Shown: piece by piece, positions 24,626-38,241 of the stretch
Layout: every line of letters starts with the position of its first letter
How positions within the stretch are numbered: the first letter of the stretch is position 1
Assembly: GCA_965153455.1 (NCBI GenBank)
Contig: OZ234493.1
Span: forward strand, 22,496,213 to 22,560,212
From: Sphagnum compactum
Lineage: Eukaryota
Direction: 5' to 3'
DNA length: 64,000 nt
The notes under the pieces: model-generated
What the model was told of the DNA's origin: nothing
Database searches by the model: none
The model's input: the letters and a program-made list of their open reading frames with translations, nothing else
Made by a program: the position numbers and the translations under genes

Positions 24626-27600
24626 CCCCTAGGGGCAGTTGCACATTAAAGGGCAATTTAAGCACATGTAGATTTTTAAAAAGCCCAAAAAACTTATTTA
24701 CATTTATAATTTGAATTATAAAAGCAAAAATATGACAAGGTGTCATTGGAATTTTTTTGAAAACCCTAACTTATATAGATTATTATATTTGAAAGATGAA
24801 CATCTAAATTAATAATTCCAATGAATCAATAACTAAGTAGAAAATTTTCATTATTTAATTTATGTCTTAGTGTGTAAGTGTTCAACATCCTTCCAAAAGG
24901 TCTTCCTTTGTATCATTGTCATCACTGTATATTACATGCCAAAAAATCAACTAAAATGAGCATGACATTAAAACATACTCTATCCAATCTTTCAATTAAA
25001 GTTATAGATTCATGAAATGAGTCCCTTCCAACTATTTCAATCATATTCCAATTCATATTGTATCAAGTTTACCTTTAACCTTTAGAAATTGCCACCAAAA
25101 GGTGGATTGTTTGATGTGCAAAAGCCCTTCGATCCTTTTCACCAATATCTTGAGTTTAAATTTATGTCAAAACAAAAAATTTAGATGAATAAATACATGG
25201 ACATTACTTTTGATAAGTGCAAAATCACAACAGAAAAAACATATTGTAAATGATTTAATTTTGCTAAGTTCATCTATCTTGAAATGGCATGTCATTGAAA
25301 ATTCCCCATTTAAATTAACTTCAAACACTATTTACTAGTCGAATAAACTTATCTTATGACAATGATAAGGAATAGTGTTCATAATTGAAACAAAATAAAA
25401 TCATTGATGTTTTGAAATTAATTATTCAAATTGCTTATGGACCATTGACATGCCCATTTAGTGGATGTATATATAATTACAATTTTTATTAGGGTTCCAT
25501 TTAAACAAAAGGAGCTATTAAATTCATCCTTCCAAAAGTCAACATTGATCTGACTTTTAAGTACACACTTTTTATTTGAGAGAAAACCATACTAATTAAA
25601 TTACTTGGAATAAATAAGAACATTTACACATATGATTCACAATGGATTTGTTAGAACAACAAGGATTTTTTTAGTTGGTTTTCATTATGCTTTTGCCATT
25701 TTTTTTCTTGCTTTATCTAATCTCAAATTTGTGTACTTGATTTTTTTCACTAAGTTGGCTAGTATATTATAACAAAATCATGGATAAATAAAAAACATAT
25801 GTGAATAATTTAGTGGGGGTGGCATGATGGGAACATAATCTTTGGTTTCTTTCATTTTCAAACAATTTGAAAACCAAACTCTGAAATCAAACCTTGGAGT
25901 AGAATATAAGGAAAAATAGATAGATAGTTTTCAACCTCACTTTTGTCAAGACCATGATAAGGAATTCCAACTAAATAAATGTTAATCTTGTGCTTAGAGT
26001 GCATTTAAAAATACATAACTTGATTGCACAAAAGGAGACATGTCACAAATTGAATAGGGCAAGGTTTTTTGTGCAAGAGTTAAACATGTGGTCACCGAAC
26101 AAGATTGTGCACCCATTGCAATGGTTCACATGTTGCCATGGAATTGTCATGTGTATATTGTATCTATGCCATTTATGCCAATGACTCTATTGTAAATTAC
26201 ATTTTTCCCATCACATGCACTTGGTGGCTTGCTCTTACTTCATGGGATGTAGATAAATTGTGTTAATTCATGCATACTTAGAACGATCTCATTTGATCAT
26301 GCCATTTTGTTTTTATGTCACTTGATTTTGAAGTTTTCATCACCCCACACCCATAGTATCCATGAAACCTTTATTTTCCTAAACATTCTTCATTCATGTC
26401 AAACTATTCGTAAAGCATCTTTGACACAATTTTTTAACATTTCTCACAAAAATTCATGATTTTTTACACTTGAACAACACATTTTTGATAATGTGATTTT
26501 CCATTCAAATTTTGTGATTTCTTAATTAATATATTTTGCAATGCTTTGGGTGTTGCATAACTTCTTCTTTTCATTGGCCCACCAAGGTTTCAAGAGTTTT
26601 TTATACTAATTTTGAAAAAGTCATAGATAGAATGTAATAAAAAAAAGTTCAAGTCCACCAATTACTAATGATTGCTTCACTTTGCATTATGTAACTTTCT
26701 ATTTTCAAAACCCTAATTTTCTAGATGAATGAAAGTGTTGGATCTTGATTGCAAATTATCAAATGAACACAAAAAGTCATATTGTCTTTTCAATATTGAT
26801 TTTAAATGGATGAAAATTATTGATAAATAAAATTGATCACAAACATAAGGTTGTCCATAAAAGGATGAAACGAGATGAGATCAATGAAACTAATGTGACG
26901 AATGACACTTTCAATGCAAAATGGCTTGTATTACACAAGGATGGAATGATAATCATGGATGAAATTGGGGGATTGAAACACAAAAGTGAAAACTTGGATG
27001 CAAATGGAATGAATGAAAGGATTTGCATCTAATGGGTATTACTATTGAAATGAAGATCTCAACAACCACATATATTTATGTTATAACATAATTCCAAACT
27101 TTAAGGTTCTTGTGTGGAGCTATGGCACATATTTCGATAAAAAAAATTGTTCCTCCCGATAATGATTTTGAATTTAGGGTTTTTTTTCTCCTCTTTTTCT
27201 ATTTTTACTAAACATTTGTAAACTTGATTTAATAACTAGAGTTTTGGTAAAGAGTAGTGTTGGGTGGGTATTAAAAATTGCACCAAATTGTTGTTGATTA
27301 TCAAAGTGATCCTCAAATTTCATTTATAACTTTGATTTTCAAAAAATCAAAATAACCTAGTTTAATATATAGATAACCGTGGACTAGGTAGTTGATGAGA
27401 GGCCACTAGTTATCATAAATAGTTGAAACATGCATCAAGGCTAGTTCTAATAACTAGTGGCCTCAAGTTGGCTATTAGACACAATTGATTGATTTTTAAG
27501 GGTTTAGGGTTTATCTTGTTGTGAGAATCAACACAACCTTCCATATTAAGTTGATCAAACAACTTATTGAAATCACTAATTCATTATTTAATAATGTGTG

Positions 27601-27908
27601 TTTTTTAAATTTGCACCTATATGTTGTCGTATTTGTCATCAATGAAATATGTGAAATGGATGTATGATGAATGCTATTTTCATCCATGAAGAGAATAGTT
27701 ATGATTTTTCATCCAAAAAATGTGATTATGGAAAAGTAAATCCAATTAGAGTTGATTGTGATACTTACTTAGAGTTTGCAAGTCGTAGTTCGCTAATAAG
27801 AAAATGAAAGTTGCATGTCATTGTTCATAAATTGTGATTTGATAGGGAAGTAGGTCATAGAGAGTCCCAAAAATTCCAAAAACAAAGGCATCCTATTTTC
27901 CTAATTAT

Positions 27909-28296
27909 CAAACCCTAATTACCTTTTTTCAATGGGAACCTAAAAGAGCCCAAAGCTGGGTGAAAAGACCCCTCAAAACCCTAACCCTAACTTCCTTCTT
28001 GCATTGGGAACATAAAATAGCCCAAAGCTGGGTGAAAGACCCCTCAAACCCTAGCCCTAGTTTCCTTCTTGCACTGGGAACATAGAAAAATGCCCAAAGG
28101 TGGGTGAAAAAACCCCTCAAACCCTAACCCTAATTTCCTTCTTGCACTTGGAACGTAAAAAAAAGCCCAAAGGTGGATGAAAAGGCCCCTCAAACCCTAA
28201 CCCTAATTTCCTTCTTGTACTGGGATCATTAAAAAAAAAGCCCAAAGGTGGGTGAAAAGACCCCTCAAACCCTAACCCTAATTTTCCTTCTTGTAC
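27909..28296 (+). repeat. Five-copy ~70-76 bp tandem repeat carrying telo-box and site II-like motifs, directly upstream of HGH1
   Basis: Unit TGGGAAC..A(n)GCCCAAAG(C/G)TGGGTGAAAAGACCCCTCAAACCCTAACCCTAATTTCCTTCTTG(C/T)AC. The array ends 240 bp before the HGH1 ATG. Confidence 0.9.
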
Positions 28297-28535
28297 CTTT
28301 CCTCAGAATTACGAGTTCTCGCTGTGTGACGCTTGCTCGACGAGCACGAGAAGATTGCACAAAGAGATCATTACATTGGGAAGGTGTGCGCGGATCGAGT
28401 AAGGGGAAAACGATGCAAATTACATCAGTCTGAAAGAGTGTGTGAGAATCTTTGTTTCCATCAAAAAATCAATCAGCTCCATTCAAATACGCAAATAGAA
28501 TTCTGTTTTTTTGCAATTTCCGATCTCACACTTGC

Positions 28536-31253
28536 ATGGCTTCAAATTCGGATTTGGAGGACCTTGTGAACTTCTTGAAATCTCCTTCTCCTCAGGTACG
28601 TGTGTATGTGTGTTGTGATGCTTCTTCTGGACTCTCCTTTTGCCCCTCCTCTTGGTCCTACAATTCCCTTCGATAGCTAAAGAACTCCATGATGGGATTG
28701 ACCCTTTCTTTGGAATTGGAGAGGGAATTGTAGTCAAATTTACAGGATTTTTGAGTCCATTTGCATTAGGTTATGAAATGCTGCTGCACGTGAATCCCTC
28801 TGAAGTGTGATAGATATCCTATGGTTTTCTGTGCTTTCAGATATGGTTAGTTTTCCTAATTACCTTGTGGATTAGGCAGGAAAGTGGGCAGGACATGTGG
28901 TCCATGTGTATATGCATTACAGTAGTCTCTCCAACTACACTGCAAGCTCTTGGGTTTTTTTCTTGTGAATAATTGTTTTTAAAAAAAATCTTTGTGGGAA
29001 CAGCTGAGGAAGGCAGCTGTGGACATAGTGCAAGGGCTTACAGGAAGCCAAGATGGTATTCACAATCTTTCACCTCGAGCGCATGATTTTTTCCCTCCAC
29101 TACTCCAGCTTCTGGGAGATAAACAGGCAATCGTTTCTTTCTCACCTTCTGAACTTCCTAGTCTTAAAACCTGGGTATACCCGTGGCACATCCCTTTTGT
29201 GCTTGCTTAATAACAGAACGATTCAAACTTGCTCATGCACATTGGATTTCTTCTACAAAATTCAGATTGCATCTTTCTTAGAACCTTGACTTTTACCAAT
29301 GCAGGAAATTGCTCAATTAGCGGCAGAGGCACTGGTGAACCTGTCTTCAGATTGGAAACTTTCGCAGGGTTTAGTAGCAGCTGGTGCAGTAGAGAAGGTG
29401 ATGGGATTTTTAGGGAAGCCTGGGTATGGCTGTAACAAACTCTTGGTTATGCTGCTTGTCAACATCACTCAACTGGAATCTGGGGCAGAACACCTTCTTC
29501 AGGTATGCAGTCCTCCCTGCACAAGATTGACGGTTTAGGGATTTTGGTACTGGTAGACAAGGAACATGTAGATGCATTGCAGGTTTTCTGTATGGATGTT
29601 TTCTCTGCATTTTAGTTCAATCTGTTTCAGAGTTCAGAGACTAAGCGGAATGTGCTTGTGAAGCTGAAACCGAAAAAAAAGAATTGTTTGCAAGGAGCTT
29701 TTATTGTTTATGACTTTGGAGTGCTCTGGGAGGCAGGAAGGTGATGAGAAGGTGACAGGTTTGCATGTGTCTCGGCTTGTGCGGTTCTTTGTGAGGTCTT
29801 CAGGCTCTAATGAAGGTGGGTCTTTTCTGCTACACTTGGATCACATAAGATTTGTGAGGGAAGGTTCATTCTTGTCACATGCCAGACTCTCTGCTGGGCT
29901 TATCTCATCAACTGTGTTTGGGGTCTAAACCAACCTTTAGTGGACATTCTTTTGCAGTAGTGCTGATACTGGGCTGTGACTGCAGGAGTAGATGAGTATG
30001 AGCATGTGGGAGCAATTCTGGTGAATATTACAAGACTGGAGACAGGGCGGAAGCTCCTTTTGAATGCAAGTAAAGGCCTATTTCGGCAAATACTTCCACA
30101 AATTGACTCCAGAAGTGTTGTGCGCCGGCAGGGGGTCAGTTAACCTAACTTTCAACTGACAGGGTAAAGAGTTCATGATTCGAACCTAAAGAAATTGAGG
30201 CATACGTCTATTGCAGAGTAAATTTGCTCTATCGAGCTTGCATAGTTCTATGTGGAATGGCATGTTGTTTTGTCTGAAGCTCAACAGTGTTCACATTCAT
30301 ACTGTTGCAGGTGGCAGGGGCTGTACGTAATTGCTGCTTTGAAGCAGAAACAGAATTGCCAAGCCTCCTTTTAGCTTCCCAGTTTCTTTGGCCGGCATTG
30401 CTTTTGCCACTTGCAGGAAAACGGGTATGGTAATGCCCTTGTTCACTTTGGGTCTATCTACTCTCCTGATGCCCTCATCTTGCTTCTTTATCATTTGAGA
30501 TTTCTGGGCAAAGATTGATGCATTATATTGTTTGAGAGGGATTGCAGGCGTACAACAAAGAGGATACCTCAAAAATGCCCCTAGAGCTTGCCACTCCCTT
30601 ATCATATGAAAGAGAACCAGAGATGGACCCCAAAGTGCGTGTTGAAGCAGCTGAGGCTATTTATTTGATTGCACTGCAGGTATATTTTCTGGTCAGATTT
30701 CTATGGCATACCTATTGCTTGCTTTGTGTGAAGGTTTTCCAGGAGAAATCACATTGGAACAGGCTGCTTTCAGATAGGTTTATGATGGGTTTCAGCTTGT
30801 TGAAAGCCACATCATCCTCTGCATAGTTCTAGATTCTCTTGATTGCTGAATCTGTGGGGAGGATTCCAGGAGGGAGGACGAAGGGCCCTCTGGGCAGTAA
30901 ATGGACCACGGATTCTTCAGGTGGGTTATGAAGATGAAGAAGATCCCAAAGTGATGGAAGCATATGAACGTGTAGGCGCCCTGGTAATCTCCTGTAGCCA
31001 CTTGTCACAGTCTTTTCTGTACTCTGGCAGTTTGATTGCGGAGCTGTGTTTGTTGTCTGGGTATTTGCAGCTTTTCCTTTTACCTGCATGCTTATAGGAA
31101 TTTTTTGGGACAACTTTGTTTTTGGAAGCAATGGCTTTACATTTAGTTAGTTTGCAGGCTGTGTATCTGATGCAAGTCTGTGATCTTTGTCAACAGCTTG
31201 TTGAGGGATCTGGAGTACAAGGAGCTGAAACACAAGTATCACCAGAGCCTTAG
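28536..31253 (+). CDS. HGH1: Protein HGH1 homolog (ARM-repeat eEF2 chaperone), 341 aa. Exons 28536-28595, 29004-29126, 29305-29502, 29737-29815, 29986-30134, 30311-30424, 30548-30679, 30870-30983, 31197-31253
   Basis: Spliced peptide MASNSDLEDLVNFLKSPSPQ-LRKAAVDIVQGLTGS..AAEALVNLS..LLVMLLVNITQ..EHVGAILVNI..VRNCCFEA..WPALLLPLAG..KMPLEL..EREP..AIYLIALQEGGRRALWAVNGPRILQVGYEDEEDPKVMEAYE matches plant HGH1. Total 1026 nt in frame. All introns are GT-AG except intron 2 (GC-AG). Confidence 0.9.
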
Positions 31254-33161
31254 TAGAGTTGGAGACTTTCAAGTGTGCAGTTTTCATACTCTGAGTTTTT
31301 CTTGTTGAAGGCCAAAAGTAGGTTAGCTCAATTGTAAGAAATGAGTCATTTTATATGTGGCTCCTCCCTCCATCGTCTCCACTCTTGTTGTCAGCACCTA
31401 TGAAGCTAGATTCACTGCTATGGTGAATTCTCAATTTTGGGATTTATGCATGTGCAACATCTGAACTTACATGCTGAAGAGAAGACAGTTGAGCACGCTC
31501 TCCAGCCCCATCCCTGCATTCAGGTCGAGAACATGGTTCATGCATTCCCAAAAGGTGGGCCCACCTTGCATCACCCCAGGCACCACTCCAAGTACATTCA
31601 TCCAATGGGTTCATGCTTGCTGAAGTTGAAACAAACAATTTGTAAGCTTCCACCTAACAACACTAATCCCTTCTTCTGTTTTGTCACTAATGCCAACAGT
31701 GTTTTGGCTGGCTCTAATACTCAAAAATTGTGGTCTGCAGCTCTGATACTCACATTTCCAAGGGCTGCTATGTTGATCACTGCAACCCTTCCACCTATTG
31801 AACGGTAACCAAAAATGTTCTAACCTTGGGATGCTTTCCTTTCTTTGTGCTGTGCACACAACTAGCAGTCTGTTGAATGTCATTGTGACATGAACCTTCT
31901 TCAAAAGAGCCCATGTTCCACTGCCTTTATCACATGTCATAAATCCTCATGTCATCTCTGACATTTCTGGCTAGTTCCGATTATGCCTATCACTTTCAGC
32001 AAGGATTTTTGCATGTGAATAACCCATGTTGAGGGTATGTGTTCTACCCTGATATATCCAGTGGTGATATATGTCCAGTTATAAAGTACATATATTGTTG
32101 GAATCGGCCATTTTCAGTACTGTAATCTACTTATTTACCCACAGTTATTTGTTGTAACGGGCTTCCAACGGATGTTGTGCTGATGGCTATTAGTTCACTC
32201 TGGCTGTGGAGGGATTTGCTTCAATGTGAGTTAATCCCTTTTTTGGAACTTGGTATTGGTGAAGTTTTCTTAACAAAAGCAGTCAAATTTACACTAATTT
32301 TCTTTTTCCAAAAAATTCCAAAGTTTCTAATTAATAACATGACCAATACAAAGTTGCAACATGTGAAACAGAAGCATACCGCGACATGTCCATAATTTCA
32401 GCTCCCCATGTCCCCATGTTCCATCCTTTGTGATTACCCTTTCGGGCTACCCTTTGAGGCTCTCCAGAAAATATGAAGATTGTTATCATTTTGGCTAGAC
32501 AACAACTTTTTATGGCACTTGTTTTCGTATTCTTACACATTGTTCCACTGCACATTCCATTGAAGACAATTGTTCAAAATTTTGTTGTGGAAATGATTTT
32601 CATGTTAAAAGAATTGGTTCAAAGAACTTCATAAACACTTTCAACAAACCTTTTGGAATTTAGTGAAGGGAACATATGCGAACAAGAACTAATGATTGTA
32701 TTTTGAAACATGAACTTTGCAAACATTGATATGAACAAATTATCTATTTCTTTATTGGATGTATGGTTGTGAAATCTAAGATTTTGGGTAGGAACTACTT
32801 TTGGGCTTTATTTGGAAAAAACATTTGGGCCACTGAAAATTGAAAATGCAATCAAAGGAGTTCAAAAAGGCATAAAATAGTAGCATGAAAATTATTATAA
32901 TCACGACAAGTTGTGTTACATGACTCATATGAATGTTAGGATACTCAAATTCAAAAAAATTATTTAATCGAATTTTAAGTTTTGATTTTAATTCAAAACC
33001 TTCACAAGTGACCAATATATGCGATTCATTTCATTCAATTGTTAAATGGCTCAAGGATGTCCACAAAATTTGTCACTAGATTTCTCAATACATATCAAGT
33101 CCAAATATCATAGTAAAGAGTTGTCATCCAATTAATTTGAACTTTTGCTTATTTGCCATAA

Positions 33162-33608
33162 TCTATGTATGAAGGAAGGTAGTTTGTTTGTTTTGTTTTG
33201 TACCGATGAGATCCACCGAACCACAATGCTTCAGATCGCGTTCTTGGTCTCTTTGAAAAGCTCTTGAGGACAAGGGGTGCATGGGCTTGGTTTCATGACG
33301 GTTTGGACTTGCAGTGTAGAAGTTCTTGAATATTGAATGATTTTTTCACTGAAAATTAAATGAAATCGTAGCTGAAAATTTCAAAGGAATTGGAATGTGC
33401 TTTTGGTGTTGTTGGAAAGATCTGATGAGCAGGATTTAATGGAATTTATTTGGTAAGATTTGGATTCAGAATGTGGGAGATATTATATTGATTTTTAGGT
33501 GATTTCTGCCACTGAAAATTCAAATAAATTTTGAAAAAATCAGGTTTTGGAAGGAAAAATCAGTTGAGGACATGGTAACACTTGGGGCAACGACACAGGC
33601 CACACTAG
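33162..33608 (+). mobile_element. Short non-autonomous Helitron, 447 bp
   Basis: Starts A|TCTATGTATG and ends GGGGCAACGACACAGGCCACACTAG|T. It shows a 5' TC, a 3' CTAG, a GC-rich subterminal patch (degenerate hairpin), insertion between A and T, and no TSD. Confidence 0.65.
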
Positions 33609-34554
33609 TATATGTTTCAAAAGAGATCAACTTATTTGTCACCTAATCATCCAAGTTACCTTTTGGGTTTAGGGAACAATAACTTATGTTTGGATGTGCG
33701 GCATTTAGTGATAGAAACATAAATTTTCAGCATGGAGAGAAGTTGAGAAATTTGGCATTCCAAACTCCGAACATAATTCCAATAACATGTTACACATTAA
33801 AATTTGAAGTACGTGAACCTACTTAGTGTTTAAGGAGTATTGTTGTGTGTCTATGAGCTTACCCTTAGGCAAGGATGGTTGAATTTAAATTCAACTTTGT
33901 AGTGAGTGTGTTGTACTATGTTTTTTCATATAGAGATCATGGATGTTTCTAGTTTTTAGTCCTCCATGGGGATTGCATGTGAAAAAAGGAAGGACATGAA
34001 AGCTTCTCTATAGGGATATTGTGTTGGAAACCATTATAGAAAATAGTAGCTTCAAGGTACTTTAATTTTTTGTGGAGTTTGTAACAAGTTGCATGTAGCA
34101 AATGACTCCCAAATGTCGAGCTGGTGTCAGAGGTTAGGCTATGATGTACTGAAATGTTTGTAATTATTCATTTAATATTCAAGTTCTTGGTATTTCCATT
34201 ACATCTTCTCTTCATCTTTCATTTGGAAAAGGTTTTCTATAATGATAATGCATCTTATGATTGTCATTTTACGATTTGTTTCAATATACAACATAACTTG
34301 GATTTGGATCAAAAGAAAATGGCTTTCTCATTTTGAATGTGACAATCCATTAGAAAATATTTTCTAGAGTAGTTTGGGTCTTGTGTATAGCTCTCAAAAC
34401 AAAGAGATTACAACATCTACATTTCTCTATAGATTCATTTTGTCAACACTATTATTCACATTCACTAAAGAATATCTTTCATCACATGGATGACATGGTG
34501 TTACTCCTTGTCTAGCTTTCAATGAACCCCAAAAAATCATCTTTAGTAATCTAA

Positions 34555-34756
34555 TGGTGTGTTCAAACTCTAGTGTCGAATCCCCTCACACCATGCTAGT
34601 CATTTAGGACTTAAAAACAAACTTACCATGAAAATTTTATGTTAAGTTAGCATTCACTTAACATTAAGCAATTACCCATTTAACATTGGGTGCCACCTAG
34701 GATGCCACCTAGATTTTTTATTTAACACTAACTTAACATCAAGTGTGAATGCACCA
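34555..34756. mobile_element. Tourist-like (PIF/Harbinger) MITE, 202 bp
   Basis: TIR TGGTGTGTTCAAACT versus the reverse complement of the right end, TGGTGCATTCACACT (12/15). TAA flanks both sides (34552-54 and 34757-59). Confidence 0.65.
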
Positions 34757-36446
34757 TAAGATTGGATGGGATTAAAATAAAGAATCTACCCATGCTGATT
34801 ATCCGTTAGAAAGTTATAAGCCGTATTAGTGGGGTCTCAATTTATAGGGAAGGTGCCACCAAGGGCCACAAAGATTGGGATTCACATAGGGAGGCATCAC
34901 ATGGGGATGAAAGGATGGGCAACCATGTAATGAATGGTGGTCGGGTGGGTGTTTGATGTGGTGGAAAGGAAGTTGACAGTGAACCCAAGTCAGTGACAAA
35001 ATTGTTGGTGAAACATGTGAGAAATAAAGGCATTGTAGGGACGGGGCCAAAACAAGGTGGGTGGAGAAGAAGGGGGCTATGTTGGGAGTGTGTAGATGTT
35101 CCATTTCGTGTTTTGTGGTTCTCTCTTTTCAAGAGAACCTCCGATCCTCACTTTAAATCTATTTGGAAGTTCTTGGGTGGTGTAGTTTGAGCCCAGTTCT
35201 TCAAATTCTCAAACTTTTCAATTTTGATTTTGGGACACTTTTTTTTAGGTTCAATAGTCTTCGAGCATAGGAAAAAATCAAGTCTGAATCCATGTACATA
35301 GTACACACTCTTCAATGCTAAAGATTGTATAGGCGCAAAGGTTTACAATAAATTAAAAAAGTTGGGTCTATAAAGTTCAATTTACTTGTCAAAATTAAAA
35401 AATAAATCAACTTCCCTACCTAAAGAACTTGACCTTTTGATCCAAAAGATTTTTTTTTTGGCTAGTTTCAATTTTGAATCTATAAAAATTATTAATTTAT
35501 ATAAAAAAAACTACTAGTTCCACAATTTGATTCTTGTGCTAGTTCTAACAAAAGACTTGCCAACTCGAGTTCAAGTAAAAACAAATCTAAACCTAAACCC
35601 TGGATTTAACACTACAAACTGGATACCCTCACAATAGTAGTCCAAACTCATTTCAAAGGTTGGCTTTGTATGTAGATTTGTCCACAAAATGAACAACATC
35701 TTGGGTTGTTCTTCGACACGTGTAACAAATCATCCCAATTCCAAACTATATTAATTGAGTCAAGTTTACAATTGATCAACCCATCCATCCATTAAAAAAC
35801 AATTTCCCAGCCCAAGTTCCAACACAGATTTATAGAAGCCTTAATTATCTTTCATGATTAGGGTTCATTAGATTTGGACATTTTTGTGAAAGTTATGTTT
35901 CCTAGTTGGGTTATTCTGTCTTTCTTTCTTCATTCTTGATTAATGAACAATGTGTGACTTCACATCAAAATTCAAGCCTCATCCTCACACATTTTTCCTT
36001 TGCTTCCGAAGCTCAAAGAGCATTTGTAGTAGCCCTTTGAACGTCATAACAATTCAGTAAAAAGGAATGGGGTTCACAAAGGGTAAAATTAAGGAGGAGA
36101 GTACACGTATTCTTAAGAGTGGGATCTTACACGGTAGAAATAATAAGCATAATTTCCCTCTCACTTTTGAGGAGCAGGCATAATATCCCTCCCCTTTTGT
36201 AGGAGATATTCATGGACATAAGGTACCCTTCAAACCACACTATAAATTTTCTCAGAGTGCTTTTACCCACCATGAAATGAATTGCAGAAGTTAAAAACTG
36301 CTTTCCTGCAGTTGAGAGAAGAGTACCTACCTGAAAACTTTAAACATAGAGAACAGTCATATTAAGTATTTTCCAATAGAGTTCTGTTCTGCACACTGAG
36401 AGAAAGGAGGAAAGGGAGGAAACAGAATATAATGATATAAATTTTG

Positions 36447-37028
36447 CATTGATGCATCATCTACCAGACCGAATGAAAAACACCAAATTAAGAGAGATAC
36501 CAGACAAGGGAATTAATGCTAATTTTTTCATTGATGCAATTTTTTAGCAGACCCAATGAAAACAACCAAATTAAGAGAGATACCAGACAAGGGATTTAAT
36601 GATAATTTTTTTCATTGATGCATTTTTTTAGCAGACCCAATGAAAAACACCAAATTAAGAGAGATACCAGACAAGGTAATTAATGATTTTTTTTTTTCAT
36701 TGATGCAATTTTTTAGCAGACCCAATGACAAACACCAAATTAAGAGAGATACCAGACAAGGGAATTAATGCTAATTTTTTTCATTGATGCATTTTTTTAG
36801 CAGATCCAATGAAAAACACCAAATTAAGAGAGATACCAGACAAGGGAATTAATGCTAATTTTTTTCATTGATGCAAATTTTTTAGCAGACCCAATGAAAA
36901 ACACCAAATTAAGAGAGAGCTAGATAGGTACCAGACAAGGGATGTAATGATAACTTTTTTTTTTTTTCATTGATTCATGTTTTTTAGCCCAGACCCAATG
37001 AAAACAACAAATTAAGAGAGACCAGACC
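36447..37028. repeat. Minisatellite, ~84-bp unit, ~7 copies
   Basis: Unit CATTGATGCA(T)nAGCAGACCCAATGAAAAACACCAAATTAAGAGAGATACCAGACAAGGGAATTAATGCTAA(T)n, starting at about 36447, 36529, 36613, 36698, 36782, 36866 and 36968. Confidence 0.95.
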
Positions 37029-37398
37029 CCATTTACTTTCTAGAGACACTACCTAAGGACAAAGTATCTAATGGCAAAGGAAGAATTATGAAAATTCAAA
37101 TATTACACCATGCAAAAATATAATCTTCAAAAAAAAAAATCTTCTAATAGAAACCCAAATCCTTCAAGATAAAATCATAACTCTATGACCAATCTCAAGT
37201 TCCAACACAAGTCAAAATATTATTTTCCGACCTGGTTTGGTTTGGGGTGAGGTTTCACAAAATGGAAAAAACCATTAGTTGTGTTACCTATATAACCATT
37301 TTGATAATTAAAGACAAACAAACATTGACTTCAGTTTCTACAATGGCAAGAAGATTGAAACCTTCCTTGGTGCCAGTTGCATCGAGTGTGGGAAGGTC

Positions 37399-38241
37399 AG
37401 GGTTTAGGGTTTAGGGTTTAAGAGAGAACAAACATTTTTTGTTGTAGCATATGATACGGAAACTTGAAATTGGAACTTAAAAATGTTTTACCCAAATAAT
37501 TGAATACAAAAATGGAAAGAAAATTAGGTGGATGAAAAAGAAAAAAACAAAAAAAAGGTAAGACACAATGCAGGCATTACATAAGCATGGTGTCATATAC
37601 TTCACCTCCAAGGGAAGCCCTTGACTTATTGCCTTGATATGGAAAGTGCATAGGGGGGGTGGTGGAAAGGGTGCCATGATCTGGTTTAACCAGGGTTATA
37701 CCAGTGACCATTAAGATGAAGAACAGAGTAGTACTCAAGTCATAGCTTCAATTCAAGTGAGTGTCAATAGTAATGAGTAGAGAGGAGGGGGAGGGGTTTA
37801 GGGTTTAGGGTTTAGGGTAAGGCTATATTATATTCCCCCTAACCTACCTCTGGTCATGAGAATATGTTTCCACAAACCCTTTGGTCACACCAATATTCTA
37901 TGTCATGGGTATTGACCAAGGGTAATATTGAAACCCTAACCCTGATGACAGGAATATTCCTTTAATCACAGGTTAAGGATCAGGGGTTGTGAACTTGGCC
38001 CCCCTGATCACAAGGTTACTACTCTATATCATCATGTGTATTGACCAAAAGGATCTGATCCATTGATCGTTATAGGATAGTTTGTTTAACCCCGATTGGT
38101 CACAAACATATTCTATATCATGGGTATTGACTTGGGTTTTTTAGATTTCCAAATTTCTCAAGTAGGTTCGGTGGTGGGAATCCTTGAAAGCATCTAGCAA
38201 TTAATGGTGACAATTTTAGGTTTAGGGTTTAGGGTTTAGGG
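37399..38241 (+). repeat. Three short interstitial (TTTAGGG)~3 telomeric tracts (37399-37420, 37794-37817, 38221-38241)
   Basis: Perfect plant telomere heptamers read directly from the sequence. Confidence 0.8.

Noticed and set aside
24630..27100. Possible degraded DNA-transposon coding remnants and a TIR-like GGGGCAGTTGCAC at ~24632
   Set aside because: No matching opposite terminus was found, and the translations are too decayed to assign.
36447..37028. CRISPR-like periodic repeat
   Set aside because: The whole unit is repeated and only homopolymer lengths vary, so it is a minisatellite.
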